Numbered from the stretch's first letter, positions 16,169-25,540 are shown. The stretch is DNA of 40,264 bases from a virus (IMGVR_UViG_3300012921_000060:1-40264); one strand, 5' to 3'. A program made the numbers and translations. The notes: generated by a model from the letters alone, not told the origin.

Positions 16169-17775
16169 AGGCCGCTGTTGCGCAGCCGACGTCTCCCGTA
16201 TCGGCGCCGCTGCGGCAGATCGAAACGGTTTTGCTGCCCTACCAGCAGCGGCTTTTCCATGCCGTCTCGGTCCATGCGCTCGTGGTCTACGAGAAGAGCC
16301 GCCGTATCGGCATCACCTGGGCGATCGCGTCGGCCGCCGTGCTGACGGCCGCGAAGGCCAAAGCTGCTGGCGGCATGGACGTGCTGTATCTGGGCTACGC
16401 GCTCGACATGACGCGCGAATTCATCGACACGTGCGCCAGCTTCGCGCGCGCGATCGAGCCCGCCGCCGCGTCCGTCCAGGAGTTCATCTTCGACGACGGC
16501 TCGAAGAACCCCGACGGTTCGACGAAAGGCATCGGCGCTTTCCGCATCAAATTCGGCAGCGACTTCGAAATCGTGGCTCTCACCTCGAAGCCGCGCAGCC
16601 TGCGCGGCCGCCAGGGTTTCGTGATCATCGACGAAGCGGCGTTCCACGACGATCTCGAAGAAGTGCTGAAAGCGGCGCTGGCGCTGCTGATCTGGGGCGG
16701 GCGCGTCGCCGTGATCAGCTCGCACGACGGGGCTTCGAACTATTTCAATACGCTGATCGGCAAAATTCGATCGGGCGAGCAAAAGGGCGTGGTGCTGCGC
16801 ACCACGCTCGACGACGCGTTGGCCGAGGGACTCTACCAACGCATTTGCTACGTGCAAGGCAAGAAATGGTCGCCCGCCGCCGAACAGGCGTGGCGCGCCG
16901 ACATCTACGGCTTCTACGGATCGGGTGCGGCCGAAGAGCTCGACGTCGTGCCGTCCGAAGGTTCGGGAACCTGGCTGTCGCGCGGCGTTCTGGAAACGCG
17001 CACGATCGAAGCGCCCGTAATGCGCCTGGTCCGCGATCCCGAATTCACGATGCTGCCCGTCGAAGCGCGCGTGGCCGACATCGATGCGTGGCTCGACGAG
17101 CACGCGGCACCGCTGCTCGCCGCGCTGCATCCGCATCGGATATGCGCCTTCGGTCTCGACTTCGCGCGCACGGTCGACCGCTCCGTCCTGTGGCCGATCC
17201 AGCGCGACGGCGATCTTGTCTGGCGGCCGCCGTTTCTGATCGAGATGACGCGCATCCCGTTCGAGCAGCAAAAGCAGGTGCTGTTCCGCGTCGGCGACGC
17301 GTTCGGTCCGCGCCTCGCCGCGGGCGCGCTGGATGCCAGCGGCAACGGCGCCTATCTCGCCGAGGTCGCGGCGCAGCGCTACGGATCTTCGGTCGAGCAA
17401 ATCAAGCTCAGCGAAAGCTGGTATCGCGAGCACATGCCGAAGCTCAAGGCGGGCCTCGACAACGGGCTCTTTCTGGTTCCCAAGGACGGCGACGTCGTCG
17501 ACGACTTCATGCAGTTCAAGTTGGTGAAGGGCGTGGCCCGTCTGCCGGACGGCGCCAGCCGCGAGGGCAGCGACGGCCTCAGCCGCCACGGCGACGCGGG
17601 CATCGCGGCAGCGCTCGCCTGCTACGCCAGCAAAGCCGAGCCCATGCGATACGGCTACACGCCCGTACCCAAACCGGCTTTGCCCGCAAGCGCGGCCGGG
17701 CGCGGCATGGCGATGCGCCCCGACCATCGCGACGACGAACGCGCGAGCGGCCGTTTTGGCGGGGGAACGTACTGA
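16165..17775 (+). CDS. Terminase large subunit (Mu gp28-like)
   Basis: LLPYQ, EKSRRIGITW, LRGRQG.VIIDEAAFH, GLDFAR, HGDA. Confidence 0.93.
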   Translation: MKAAVAQPTSPVSAPLRQIETVLLPYQQRLFHAVSVHALVVYEKSRRIGITWAIASAAVLTAAKAKAAGGMDVLYLGYALDMTREFIDTCASFARAIEPAAASVQEFIFDDGSKNPDGSTKGIGAFRIKFGSDFEIVALTSKPRSLRGRQGFVIIDEAAFHDDLEEVLKAALALLIWGGRVAVISSHDGASNYFNTLIGKIRSGEQKGVVLRTTLDDALAEGLYQRICYVQGKKWSPAAEQAWRADIYGFYGSGAAEELDVVPSEGSGTWLSRGVLETRTIEAPVMRLVRDPEFTMLPVEARVADIDAWLDEHAAPLLAALHPHRICAFGLDFARTVDRSVLWPIQRDGDLVWRPPFLIEMTRIPFEQQKQVLFRVGDAFGPRLAAGALDASGNGAYLAEVAAQRYGSSVEQIKLSESWYREHMPKLKAGLDNGLFLVPKDGDVVDDFMQFKLVKGVARLPDGASREGSDGLSRHGDAGIAAALACYASKAEPMRYGYTPVPKPALPASAAGRGMAMRPDHRDDERASGRFGGGTY

Positions 17776-17791
17776 CGATGGAAAACCAACC

Positions 17792-19480
17792 ATGAGCGCC
17801 TCGACGATCCTGGGACCGGACGGTTTGCCGTTCGACCGATCCGTGCTGCGCCGCGTCGAAGCGGGCGCCACCACGACCGGCGTGCGTTCGACCGACGCGC
17901 TCGATCCCTCGACCGGCTTGACGCCCGAGCGCCTGGCCGCGTTGCTGCGCGCGTCGGAAGACGGCGACCCGGCGTCCTATTTCGAACTGGCCGAGCGCAT
18001 CGAAGAGAAAGAGCTGCACTACGTGTCGGTGCTGCGCACGCGCAGGCTGGCCGTATCCGCGCTCGAACCCGTCGTCGAAGCCGCCAGCGACGATGCGGCC
18101 GACGTCGCGATCGCGGATTTTGTGCGCGAAATCGTTTTGGGCGATGCGGTGCGCAGCAGCCTGTTCGACATTCTGGACGCGATCGGCAAGGGCATCAGCG
18201 TCACCGAAATCGTCTGGGACCTGTCGGGCGGCCAGTGGGTGCCCGACCGCCTGGCGTGGGTCGATCAGCGCTGGATCGAGTTCGACCGCACGGATCGGCG
18301 CACGCCGATGCTGCGCAGCGGCCCCGGCGAACCGGGGGCGGGCACGTTGCCTGCGGGCAAGACGCCCGACACGGCCGGGCCGCCCGGCCCGCATCTCAAA
18401 CCGCTCGCCCCGTTCAAATTTATCGTCTGCAATATCCAGTCGAAATCGGGCTTGCCCGTGCGCGGCGGTCTGGCGCGTCCCGTGGCGTGGGCGTATCTCT
18501 TCAAGAATTTCGACCTCAAAGCGTGGGTGCAGTTCGCCGAGGTGTACGGCCAGCCGCTGCGCGTCGGCAAATACCATCCCGGCGCCAGCGACGAAGAGAA
18601 ACGCACGCTGTTGCGAGCGCTCGCCAACATCGCGTCGGACGCTGCCGCGATGGTGCCGCAATCGATGGCCGTCGAGTTCGTCGAAGCGTCGGGCAATCGC
18701 GACGGCGCGATGTTCGAGAAGATGGCGGTCTATCTCGATCTGCAAATCTCGAAGGCGGTGCTGGGCCAGACCGGCACGACCGACGCGGTGGCGGGCGGCT
18801 ATGCGGTCGGCAAAGTGCAGAACGAGGTGCGCAGCGACATTCGCGACGCGGACTCGAACGCGCTGGCGATGACCCTCAAGCGCGACCTGGTCAAGCCGCT
18901 GGTCGATCTCAATTTCGGCCCGACCGGCAACGACGGCCGCAAGCGTCGCTATCCCAATCTGCGCTTCCAGACGCCCGAACAGTTCGACGTGACCGTCATG
19001 TCGGACGCGCTGGTCAAGTTGGTGCCGCTCGGCCTGCAGGTCGAAGCGAGCCTGGTGCGCGACAAGCTCGGCTTCGGCGACCCCAAACAGGGGGCCGTGC
19101 TGCTGAAGGCACCCGCAGCATCCCCGCCCAGTTTTGGGACGCCGGGTTTCGGCGCGCCCGTACCGGCGTCGGGCGACGCGCTCGCTCGTGCCTTCCATGC
19201 CGTGGCGGCGCAGCAAGCGGCCGACACGCGCGACGAAACGGCACGCATTGCCGCGAAGCTTGCAGCTGCAGCCGACCCGGCGATCGCGGCCCAGCTCGCC
19301 CGCATCGAAGCGGCCGTGGCGAACGCCGGCAGCTTCGACGATCTGTCGGATGCGCTGTTGGGCCTGGCCGGCGAATTGTCGGCCGACGATTTTGCGGCCG
19401 CGATGCGCGACGGCTTGGTGCTGGCGCACCTGTCGGGCGCCGCGTCGGTGCCCGCGATCGCCAAGAAGCGCAAGCCATGA
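17792..19480 (+). CDS. Portal protein (Mu gp29, DUF935)
   Basis: GLTPERLAALLR, FAEVYGQPLRVGKY, ISKAVLGQT, VQNEVR. Confidence 0.92.
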   Translation: MSASTILGPDGLPFDRSVLRRVEAGATTTGVRSTDALDPSTGLTPERLAALLRASEDGDPASYFELAERIEEKELHYVSVLRTRRLAVSALEPVVEAASDDAADVAIADFVREIVLGDAVRSSLFDILDAIGKGISVTEIVWDLSGGQWVPDRLAWVDQRWIEFDRTDRRTPMLRSGPGEPGAGTLPAGKTPDTAGPPGPHLKPLAPFKFIVCNIQSKSGLPVRGGLARPVAWAYLFKNFDLKAWVQFAEVYGQPLRVGKYHPGASDEEKRTLLRALANIASDAAAMVPQSMAVEFVEASGNRDGAMFEKMAVYLDLQISKAVLGQTGTTDAVAGGYAVGKVQNEVRSDIRDADSNALAMTLKRDLVKPLVDLNFGPTGNDGRKRRYPNLRFQTPEQFDVTVMSDALVKLVPLGLQVEASLVRDKLGFGDPKQGAVLLKAPAASPPSFGTPGFGAPVPASGDALARAFHAVAAQQAADTRDETARIAAKLAAAADPAIAAQLARIEAAVANAGSFDDLSDALLGLAGELSADDFAAAMRDGLVLAHLSGAASVPAIAKKRKP

Positions 19481-20766
19481 CGACCCCCGCCGTGACTGGG
19501 CCAGCTGCGTTCGACCTGCCGTTCGACGAAGCGATCGCGTTCTTCCGCCAGAAGATCGACATGCCGAGCAAGGACTACCGCATGCTCTACGAAGGCATGC
19601 ACGCGCGCGCCTTCGTGGTGGCAGGGGCAACGAACGCGCAATTGCTCGCCGACCTGCGCGCCGCGATCGACAAGGCGCTCGCCGACGGCACGACGCTCGA
19701 TACGTTCCGCAAGGACTTCGCGCAGATCGTCGCGAAAAACGGCTGGACCGACTATACGGGCGCCGACAGCGCCAAGGGCCGCGCCTGGCGCACGGGCGTC
19801 ATCTACGACACGAATCTGCGCACCGCGCGCGCCGCCGGCCAGTGGGCGCAAATCCAGAAAACCAAGAAGACGCACAAATGGTTGCGCTACGTCGCCGTGC
19901 AGGACGACCGCACGCGCGACGAGCATCGCCAGTGGGACGGGCTCGTGCTCGACGCCGACGATCCGTTCTGGCGAACGCACTATCCGCCCAACGGCTGGAA
20001 CTGCCGCTGCACGGTCGAAGCGCTCGACCGGATCGATCTCGACGAGGAGGGCATCGAACCCGGCACAGCCCCGCCGGTCGAAATGGAAACGCGCAGCGTG
20101 AAGACTGCAGACGGCGCGATGGAAGTCAAAGTGCCCAAAGGGATCGACACGGGCTTCGGCTACAATGCGGGCCAGGCCGCCGGCGACCGCATCACGCCCG
20201 AGCTGATCGCGATGGAACGCAAGGCGGGCTTCAGGGCGTCCGTCAATCCGTTGCTGCCCGAACCCGAAGCGCCGTTGCCGTTGGCGCCGACCCAAGCGCG
20301 CGCGCTGCAGGCGGAAGCGACCGACATCGGCGATACAGACGCGATGCGCGGCATTTTGCGCGCGGCGATCGGCGGCGAGGAAAAGACCTTCGTCGATCCC
20401 GTCGGCGGCCGCGTGCGCATCGACGGATCCATCGTCGGCCATATCGCGGCGACAAAGGAGCGGGGCGCTTCGCATCGCGAACGGTTTTTTCCGTTCATCC
20501 CCGAACTGATCGAAGACCCGGCCGAGATTTGGGTGACCTTCGCAAAGAATGTCGGCACCGGCGCGGTGCGTTTGCGGCGCAACTACGTTTCGCGTCTGGC
20601 GCTCGGCAAAGACCGAACGGTGGCGCTCGTCGCCGAACAGGACAACGGCATCTGGAGCAATTTCAATTTTTTGATGTCCGATCGCGATCTTGCGAAGGCG
20701 CGCAAAGGCAAACGCATCTACGCGCGCGCGTCGATCCCGTCGAAAAAAACGGAGCCGAAATCGTGA
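19477..20766 (+). CDS. MuF (gp30) minor head protein with C-terminal PBECR-like extension
   Basis: LPFDEAIAFF...DDRTRDEH..WDG...FWRTHYPPNGWNCRC...IDTGFGYNAG, then about 190 extra aa including RERFFPFIPELIEDPAEIW...RRNY. Confidence 0.88.
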   Translation: MTTPAVTGPAAFDLPFDEAIAFFRQKIDMPSKDYRMLYEGMHARAFVVAGATNAQLLADLRAAIDKALADGTTLDTFRKDFAQIVAKNGWTDYTGADSAKGRAWRTGVIYDTNLRTARAAGQWAQIQKTKKTHKWLRYVAVQDDRTRDEHRQWDGLVLDADDPFWRTHYPPNGWNCRCTVEALDRIDLDEEGIEPGTAPPVEMETRSVKTADGAMEVKVPKGIDTGFGYNAGQAAGDRITPELIAMERKAGFRASVNPLLPEPEAPLPLAPTQARALQAEATDIGDTDAMRGILRAAIGGEEKTFVDPVGGRVRIDGSIVGHIAATKERGASHRERFFPFIPELIEDPAEIWVTFAKNVGTGAVRLRRNYVSRLALGKDRTVALVAEQDNGIWSNFNFLMSDRDLAKARKGKRIYARASIPSKKTEPKS

Positions 20767-21138
20767 TCGGATTTTCGGGATGGATCGCGCAAGTCCGTCG
20801 GCCAGCTTGGCGACCTGCGGCGGGAATTGGGGCTCGACCCACCCGACGCCGGTATCCAAAAACTGCCACAGCGCGCCGGGCCGGTCAAGCCGACCGATTT
20901 TGGCCGGTCGCTGCTAACGTTTCTGGATGGCCTTGGCCCCCCATCGGGCTAGCCCTGGTGCGGGGACCCTCGGGACCCTGCGTTAACTATGCGTTAGCGG
21001 CGGATTTTCGGGCACCTGGCGGGCGTGTTTGCCGGGGCATCGCGCGCCCGGCGCCGTTCCAGCCCCCCGTTTGGCCTCCTGTTCGGCAGGCGAAACCGAC
21101 CTGCCGGACCCCCGCTCGTACACCGCGCAGGCGCGCCG

Positions 21139-21184
21139 GGCGACAGGCGTCGTCCTGCCGGGCGCCGATGCGCATTCGTAGGTT
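21139..21184 (+). promoter_or_regulatory. Candidate late promoter (PI-like)
   Basis: GGCGACAGGCGTCGTCCTGC followed by TAGGTT; same motif and spacing as 13347-13392. Confidence 0.7.
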
Positions 21185-21217
21185 GGCAGCCTTCCAACTG
21201 CCAAGCAAGGGGACCCT

Positions 21218-22360
21218 GTGAAAACAGATTTGCGCGCATCGACCGCAATGGAGCTGACGCTCGCGGCAGCCGATACGCCTGGAAGCGGCGCGCCCGGCAA
21301 AGGCGCGACCGCGCCGACGCGCATCCATGTGATGCCGCTCGGCACGTGGCACGGCGCCGACGGTCGCGGCCCCTACAAAAACGATGCGGCCAACGCGGCG
21401 CGCGTCGTCGCCGCGAGCGCTGCCGACAAACGGCCGCTGCCGATCGACTACGACCATGCGCTCGATCTGGCCTTGGGCCAGAAGGCAGGCCAGCCCGCGC
21501 CGGCGTCGGGCTGGATCGTCGGGCTTGAGGTTGTGAACGACGGTACCGCCAACGCGGGCATTTGGGCGCCGGGCATTTGGGCGACCGTCGAATGGACGCC
21601 CGGCGGCGAGACGGCCGTCGCGTCGCGCGAATACCGGTTTATCTCGCCCGTCTTCGACCTCGCCAAAGACGGCACGGTGCTGCGCATCGTGCGCGCGGGT
21701 CTCACCAACGTGCCGAATTTTCCGAGCCTCGCGGCTCTCGCGTCGCAAACGACCAACCCGAACGGAGACAATCCGATGGACGAAAACATGAAGAAGCTCG
21801 CGGCTCTGCTGGGTCTCGCCGAAACCGCCACGCCCGAAGAGGTGATGGCGGCCGTGAAGGCGCTGCAGGACGCCGCAACGCAAGCCGCCGCCGCGACCAA
21901 AACGGCCGCCGCCGCGTTGGGCCTCAAGGAAGATGCGGGCTTGGCCGTGGTTGCCGCCGCGATCGCGCCCGCACTCGCGGTTGCAAAAGCGGATGGGGCG
22001 AAAGCCGCCGGCACGCAAACGGGCGCCGCCGACCAGCCGACGATCGCGACGCTCAACAAAGAAATCGCCGAGCTCAAGGCCGGCAAAGCCGCCGAGTCCG
22101 CCGAGACGGCCGTCGCGTCGGCGATGGCAGCGGGCAAGCTGGCGCCGGCCGCCAAAGCCTGGGCGCTCGACTACGCCAAGACCAACCCGCAGGGCTTTGC
22201 CGACTACGTCAAGGCCGTGCCCGCCGTGCTGACGCCCGGCACCGACACGCCTGCGATCGCGGCGCAGACCGGCGCAAGCGGTCTCACCGCCACGGAGCTT
22301 GCGGTCGCAAGCAAGCTCGGCGTGGCGCCCGACGCGTTCGCCAAAGCCAAAACCGCCTAG
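21218..22360 (+). CDS. Mu gpI-like head maturation protease (with C-terminal scaffold)
   Basis: PIDYDH, APASGWI, VEWTP, EYRFISPVF, AGLTNVP. The start could be ATG 21248. Confidence 0.92.
   Translation: MKTDLRASTAMELTLAAADTPGSGAPGKGATAPTRIHVMPLGTWHGADGRGPYKNDAANAARVVAASAADKRPLPIDYDHALDLALGQKAGQPAPASGWIVGLEVVNDGTANAGIWAPGIWATVEWTPGGETAVASREYRFISPVFDLAKDGTVLRIVRAGLTNVPNFPSLAALASQTTNPNGDNPMDENMKKLAALLGLAETATPEEVMAAVKALQDAATQAAAATKTAAAALGLKEDAGLAVVAAAIAPALAVAKADGAKAAGTQTGAADQPTIATLNKEIAELKAGKAAESAETAVASAMAAGKLAPAAKAWALDYAKTNPQGFADYVKAVPAVLTPGTDTPAIAAQTGASGLTATELAVASKLGVAPDAFAKAKTA
21776..22360 (+). CDS. Nested in-frame scaffold protein (gpZ-like)
   Basis: GGAG SD in a C/A-rich context 5' of an internal ATG (MDENMKKLAALLGL); Ala-rich helical sequence follows. 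Confidence 0.7.
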   Translation: MDENMKKLAALLGLAETATPEEVMAAVKALQDAATQAAAATKTAAAALGLKEDAGLAVVAAAIAPALAVAKADGAKAAGTQTGAADQPTIATLNKEIAELKAGKAAESAETAVASAMAAGKLAPAAKAWALDYAKTNPQGFADYVKAVPAVLTPGTDTPAIAAQTGASGLTATELAVASKLGVAPDAFAKAKTA

Positions 22361-22390
22361 CAACCCGAACAGGACAGGAGCACCAGTCCC

Positions 22391-22801
22391 ATGCCGTTGA
22401 GCGCACCCCGCGAAACCCCCGAACTCTTGAACCCGCGCGAACGGCACTTGCCGGTTGCCGCCGGCGTGCGCCTGTTTCAGGGCGCGCTCGCCGTGCGCGA
22501 TGCCGCGGGTTTCGTGCGCCCCGCGCGCGTCGCGGCGACCGACGTGCCCGTCGGCATCGCGCTCGAAGAGGCCAACAACGCCGGCGGGGCCGACGGCGCC
22601 GTTGCGGCGCGCGTGCGGCGCGGTACCTACCGGTTCCGCAATTCGGCGGCGGGCGACGCCATCGCGCGCCTCGATATCGGCGCCGTTTGCTACGTCGTCG
22701 ACGACGAGACCGTCGCCAAGACCCATGCGACGAACACGCGCTCGGCCGCAGGGCGCGTCTACGACGTCGATGCGCAAGGCGTGTGGGTCGAAATCCAGTA
22801 G
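22391..22801 (+). CDS. Probable head decoration protein
   Basis: Between protease and capsid; DIGAVCYVVDDETV...AGRVYDVDAQGVWV. Confidence 0.7.
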   Translation: MPLSAPRETPELLNPRERHLPVAAGVRLFQGALAVRDAAGFVRPARVAATDVPVGIALEEANNAGGADGAVAARVRRGTYRFRNSAAGDAIARLDIGAVCYVVDDETVAKTHATNTRSAAGRVYDVDAQGVWVEIQ

Positions 22802-22853
22802 GCGCCCGCTTCCCGAACGCGCCTCGTTTCTCTTTTCCCGGAGCCAGACAGCC

Positions 22854-23744
22854 ATGATCATCAACCGCCCCAATCTCGACGCGATCTTCACGGGGTTCAA
22901 AGCGAACTTCCAAAGCGCCTTCGACGGCGTCAAGACGCAGTACAAAGACATCGCCATGGTCGTGCCCTCGACGACGGCCAAGGAAATCTACCCGTGGCTC
23001 GGCGCGATGCCCAATTTCCGCGAGTGGCTCGGCGACCGCGTGATCAACAATCTGCGCACGCACGATTTTTCGCTGATCAACAGGGACTACGAAAACACCG
23101 TCGGCGTGCAGCGCAACGCCATCGAAGACGACACGTTCGGCACCTACGCGCCGATCTTCGCCGAATACGGCCGCGCCTCCGCAAGCTTGCCCGACGAGCT
23201 GGTGTTCCAGACCCTGCCGCTGGGTACGAGCCAGCTTTGCTACGACGGGCAGTTTTTTTTCGACACCGACCATCCGGTGCTGAATGCCGACGGCACGGTC
23301 GCGAGCGTGTCGAATTTCGGCGGCGGCGGCGGCAATGCCTGGTACCTCATGGATTTGTCGCGCGCCGTCAAGCCGATGATCTTCCAGGACCGCAAGAAGT
23401 TCGAGCTGGTCCGCATGGACGATCCCAAAGACGAGAACGTGTTCATGCGCAAGGAATATCTCTACGGCGTCGACGGGCGTTGCGCGGCCGGGTTCGGCCT
23501 GTGGCAGCTCGCCTACATGTCGCGCCAGACGCTCAATGCGGCGAACTATGCCGCCGCGCGCGCCGCGATGCTGGACTTGAAGGGCGACGGCGGCCGCAAG
23601 CTCGGCGTCAATCCCACGCACCTGGTCGTGGGCGGCGCCAACGAAGGGCCCGCGCGCAAAATCCTGATGAACGAGATGGCGGCCGGCGGCGAGTCCAACG
23701 AATGGAAGGGCACCGCGCAATTGCTGCTCTCCTCCTACCTCTAA
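22854..23744 (+). CDS. Major capsid protein (Mu gpT-like)
   Basis: YPWLGAMPNFREWLGDR, CYDGQFFFDTDHP, KPMIFQDRK, YGVDGR.AAGFGLWQLAY. Confidence 0.95.
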   Translation: MIINRPNLDAIFTGFKANFQSAFDGVKTQYKDIAMVVPSTTAKEIYPWLGAMPNFREWLGDRVINNLRTHDFSLINRDYENTVGVQRNAIEDDTFGTYAPIFAEYGRASASLPDELVFQTLPLGTSQLCYDGQFFFDTDHPVLNADGTVASVSNFGGGGGNAWYLMDLSRAVKPMIFQDRKKFELVRMDDPKDENVFMRKEYLYGVDGRCAAGFGLWQLAYMSRQTLNAANYAAARAAMLDLKGDGGRKLGVNPTHLVVGGANEGPARKILMNEMAAGGESNEWKGTAQLLLSSYL

Positions 23745-23795
23745 GCGCAACCGCCACCGCCACTGCCACCGTTACAACGCAAGAAGGAACAGCCC

Positions 23796-24008
23796 ATGAA
23801 GGTTCTGCAAGTCACCGCCAAACGGCCGAGCTTCTGGCGCGGCGGCATCGAGTTCGGGCATGCGCCCAAATTCGTGCCCGTGTCCGAGCTGTCGGCCGAC
23901 CAGATCAAGGCCATCGAAAACGAAGGCAAACCAGACGGCATGCTGATCGTCAATCGCATGGACGTCAAAGACGAGAAGCCCCCGAAAGACGAGAAGCCCG
24001 CAGCGTAA
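23796..24008 (+). CDS. Mu gp35/HI1506-like small protein
   Basis: VTAKRPSFWRGGIEF...LSADQIKAIENE; position after the capsid gene. Confidence 0.65.
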   Translation: MKVLQVTAKRPSFWRGGIEFGHAPKFVPVSELSADQIKAIENEGKPDGMLIVNRMDVKDEKPPKDEKPAA

Positions 24009-24014
24009 CCGCCG

Positions 24015-24464
24015 ATGCCCCCCATGCCCTACGCCACGCAACAGGACCTGATCGACCGGTACGGCGCGGACGAAATCCGCGCCGTATCGGACCGTTCCCA
24101 GCCGCCGCTCGACGCGATCGATGCGGCCGTGGTGGCGAAGGCGCTTGCCGACGCGCGCGAGGAAATCGACGGGTATCTCGCCAAGCGCTACCAGCTTCCG
24201 CTTGCTGTCGGCGGCGCAGCACCGGTGCCGGGCGTGCTCGTGGGCTTGGCAAGCGACATCGCGCGCTTCCGGCTGCACCGGCATATCCCGCCCGAAGACG
24301 TCGAGGCCGGCTACGCGCGCGCGGTCAAACGCCTGCAGGAAATCGCGGCAGGGCAATTCCTGCTGCAGATCGCGGGCGTGCAGCCCGTCCAAGGCGGAAC
24401 CGACATCGCCATGCTCGAAGCGCCGCCGCGCATGTTCACCGCCAAATCGCTGATGGGGTTCTGA
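24015..24464 (+). CDS. Mu gp36-like head-tail adaptor (DUF1320)
   Basis: YATQQDLIDRYG...EIDGYL..RY.LPL...DIARFRL. Confidence 0.88.
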   Translation: MPPMPYATQQDLIDRYGADEIRAVSDRSQPPLDAIDAAVVAKALADAREEIDGYLAKRYQLPLAVGGAAPVPGVLVGLASDIARFRLHRHIPPEDVEAGYARAVKRLQEIAAGQFLLQIAGVQPVQGGTDIAMLEAPPRMFTAKSLMGF

Positions 24465-24466
24465 CC

Positions 24467-24913
24467 ATGGCCGGCGTGGGCATGAAGGTCGATACAAGCT
24501 CGGCGGGGCCGGTTGCGGATGCCTTGCGCGCGATCGGCCGGCGTGCGGACGACATGACGCCTTTGTTCGAAACTCTCGGCCAATATCTGCGCACCTCGTG
24601 GCGTCGGCGGTTCCGCACCAATGTCGGTCCCGACGGCACCGCTTGGCGTCGCTCGCAACGCGCAGCGCGGGACAACGGGCAGACGCTTGTCGATCGCGGC
24701 CACATGCGCGACAGCGTCACGTTCAGAGCGGGGCCACGAGAGGTCGCCGTCGGAAGCAACGACGTGCGCGCCGCTATACACAATTTCGGTGGCCGCACCG
24801 GGCGCGGCGGCAACACCATTCTGCCGGCACGCCCCTTTATCGGTCTGTCGAAACCCAATGAACGCGGCATTGCCACGCGAACCGTGCAGTACCTAAAGGG
24901 AGGGCAGCGATGA
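24467..24913 (+). CDS. Virion morphogenesis protein (Mu gpG / P2 S-like)
   Basis: RRRF...GPDGTAW...L.DRGHMRDS...VGSN..AAIHNFGG...LPARPFIGLS. Confidence 0.88.
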   Translation: MAGVGMKVDTSSAGPVADALRAIGRRADDMTPLFETLGQYLRTSWRRRFRTNVGPDGTAWRRSQRAARDNGQTLVDRGHMRDSVTFRAGPREVAVGSNDVRAAIHNFGGRTGRGGNTILPARPFIGLSKPNERGIATRTVQYLKGGQR

Positions 24914-25536
24914 TTCCGCTCGGCAAGATCGAAGCGGCGTTGGTCGCAACGCTGAAGGCCGAACTGGCGGGGCCGGCGGCGCCGTACGCGCTGCGCACGA
25001 TCGCGAGCTACGGCGGCGAGTTCGACAGCGAGGACGTCGCCAAAGTTGTCGCGCAGTTTCCGGCCTTGCTCGCGAGCTTTTCGGGATGGGAGGTCGGCAG
25101 CGACCAGGGGGCCGACAAAATCTTCGATCTGCGCTTCCAGATTTTCGCATGCGCCCAGTCGTTGCTCAACGAGGGCAGCGGGCGTGCGGGCGCCTCGGGC
25201 CAGGTCGGCGCCTACCAGCTCGTCGCCGACGCGGCGCTGGCGCTCGACGGTTCGGCGCTGGGGCTCGACGCGCTCGGCGTGCCGGTCACGCAGCCCGTCA
25301 GGATCGGCGCCATGCAGAGCGTGCGCAACGGTCTCGTGCAGTCGAAGCGCCTGGCGGTCTACGCGCTCGACATCGAATTGTCGGTGCGCGCGACGCGCAA
25401 AGCGCGCGGCCTGCCGGTCGGCGAATTCCTCACCCTTCATGCCGACTGGGACATTCCGCCGCACGGCGAAGCCCCCGAAACGCTGCCCGCCAATCCGCCG
25501 CTCGATGCGGCTTCGACGATCCAAATCCGGGAGTAG
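24910..25536 (+). CDS. Mu gp37-like tail completion protein (DUF1834)
   Basis: IASYGGEFD, GAYQLV, FLTLHADWDIP; synteny. Confidence 0.78.
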   Translation: MIPLGKIEAALVATLKAELAGPAAPYALRTIASYGGEFDSEDVAKVVAQFPALLASFSGWEVGSDQGADKIFDLRFQIFACAQSLLNEGSGRAGASGQVGAYQLVADAALALDGSALGLDALGVPVTQPVRIGAMQSVRNGLVQSKRLAVYALDIELSVRATRKARGLPVGEFLTLHADWDIPPHGEAPETLPANPPLDAASTIQIRE

Positions 25537-25540
25537 AGAG

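Noticed and set aside
20767-20862. Canonical tRNA gene
   Set aside because: No proper acceptor stem, TTC-type T-loop or U33 anticodon loop. Retained only as a candidate structured RNA.
20965-20974. Internal GACCCTCGGG identical to one arm of the target-site hairpin (possible guide or targeting sequence)
   Set aside because: A GC-rich 10-mer is likely to occur by chance in 39 kb of GC-rich DNA, and the match does not extend.
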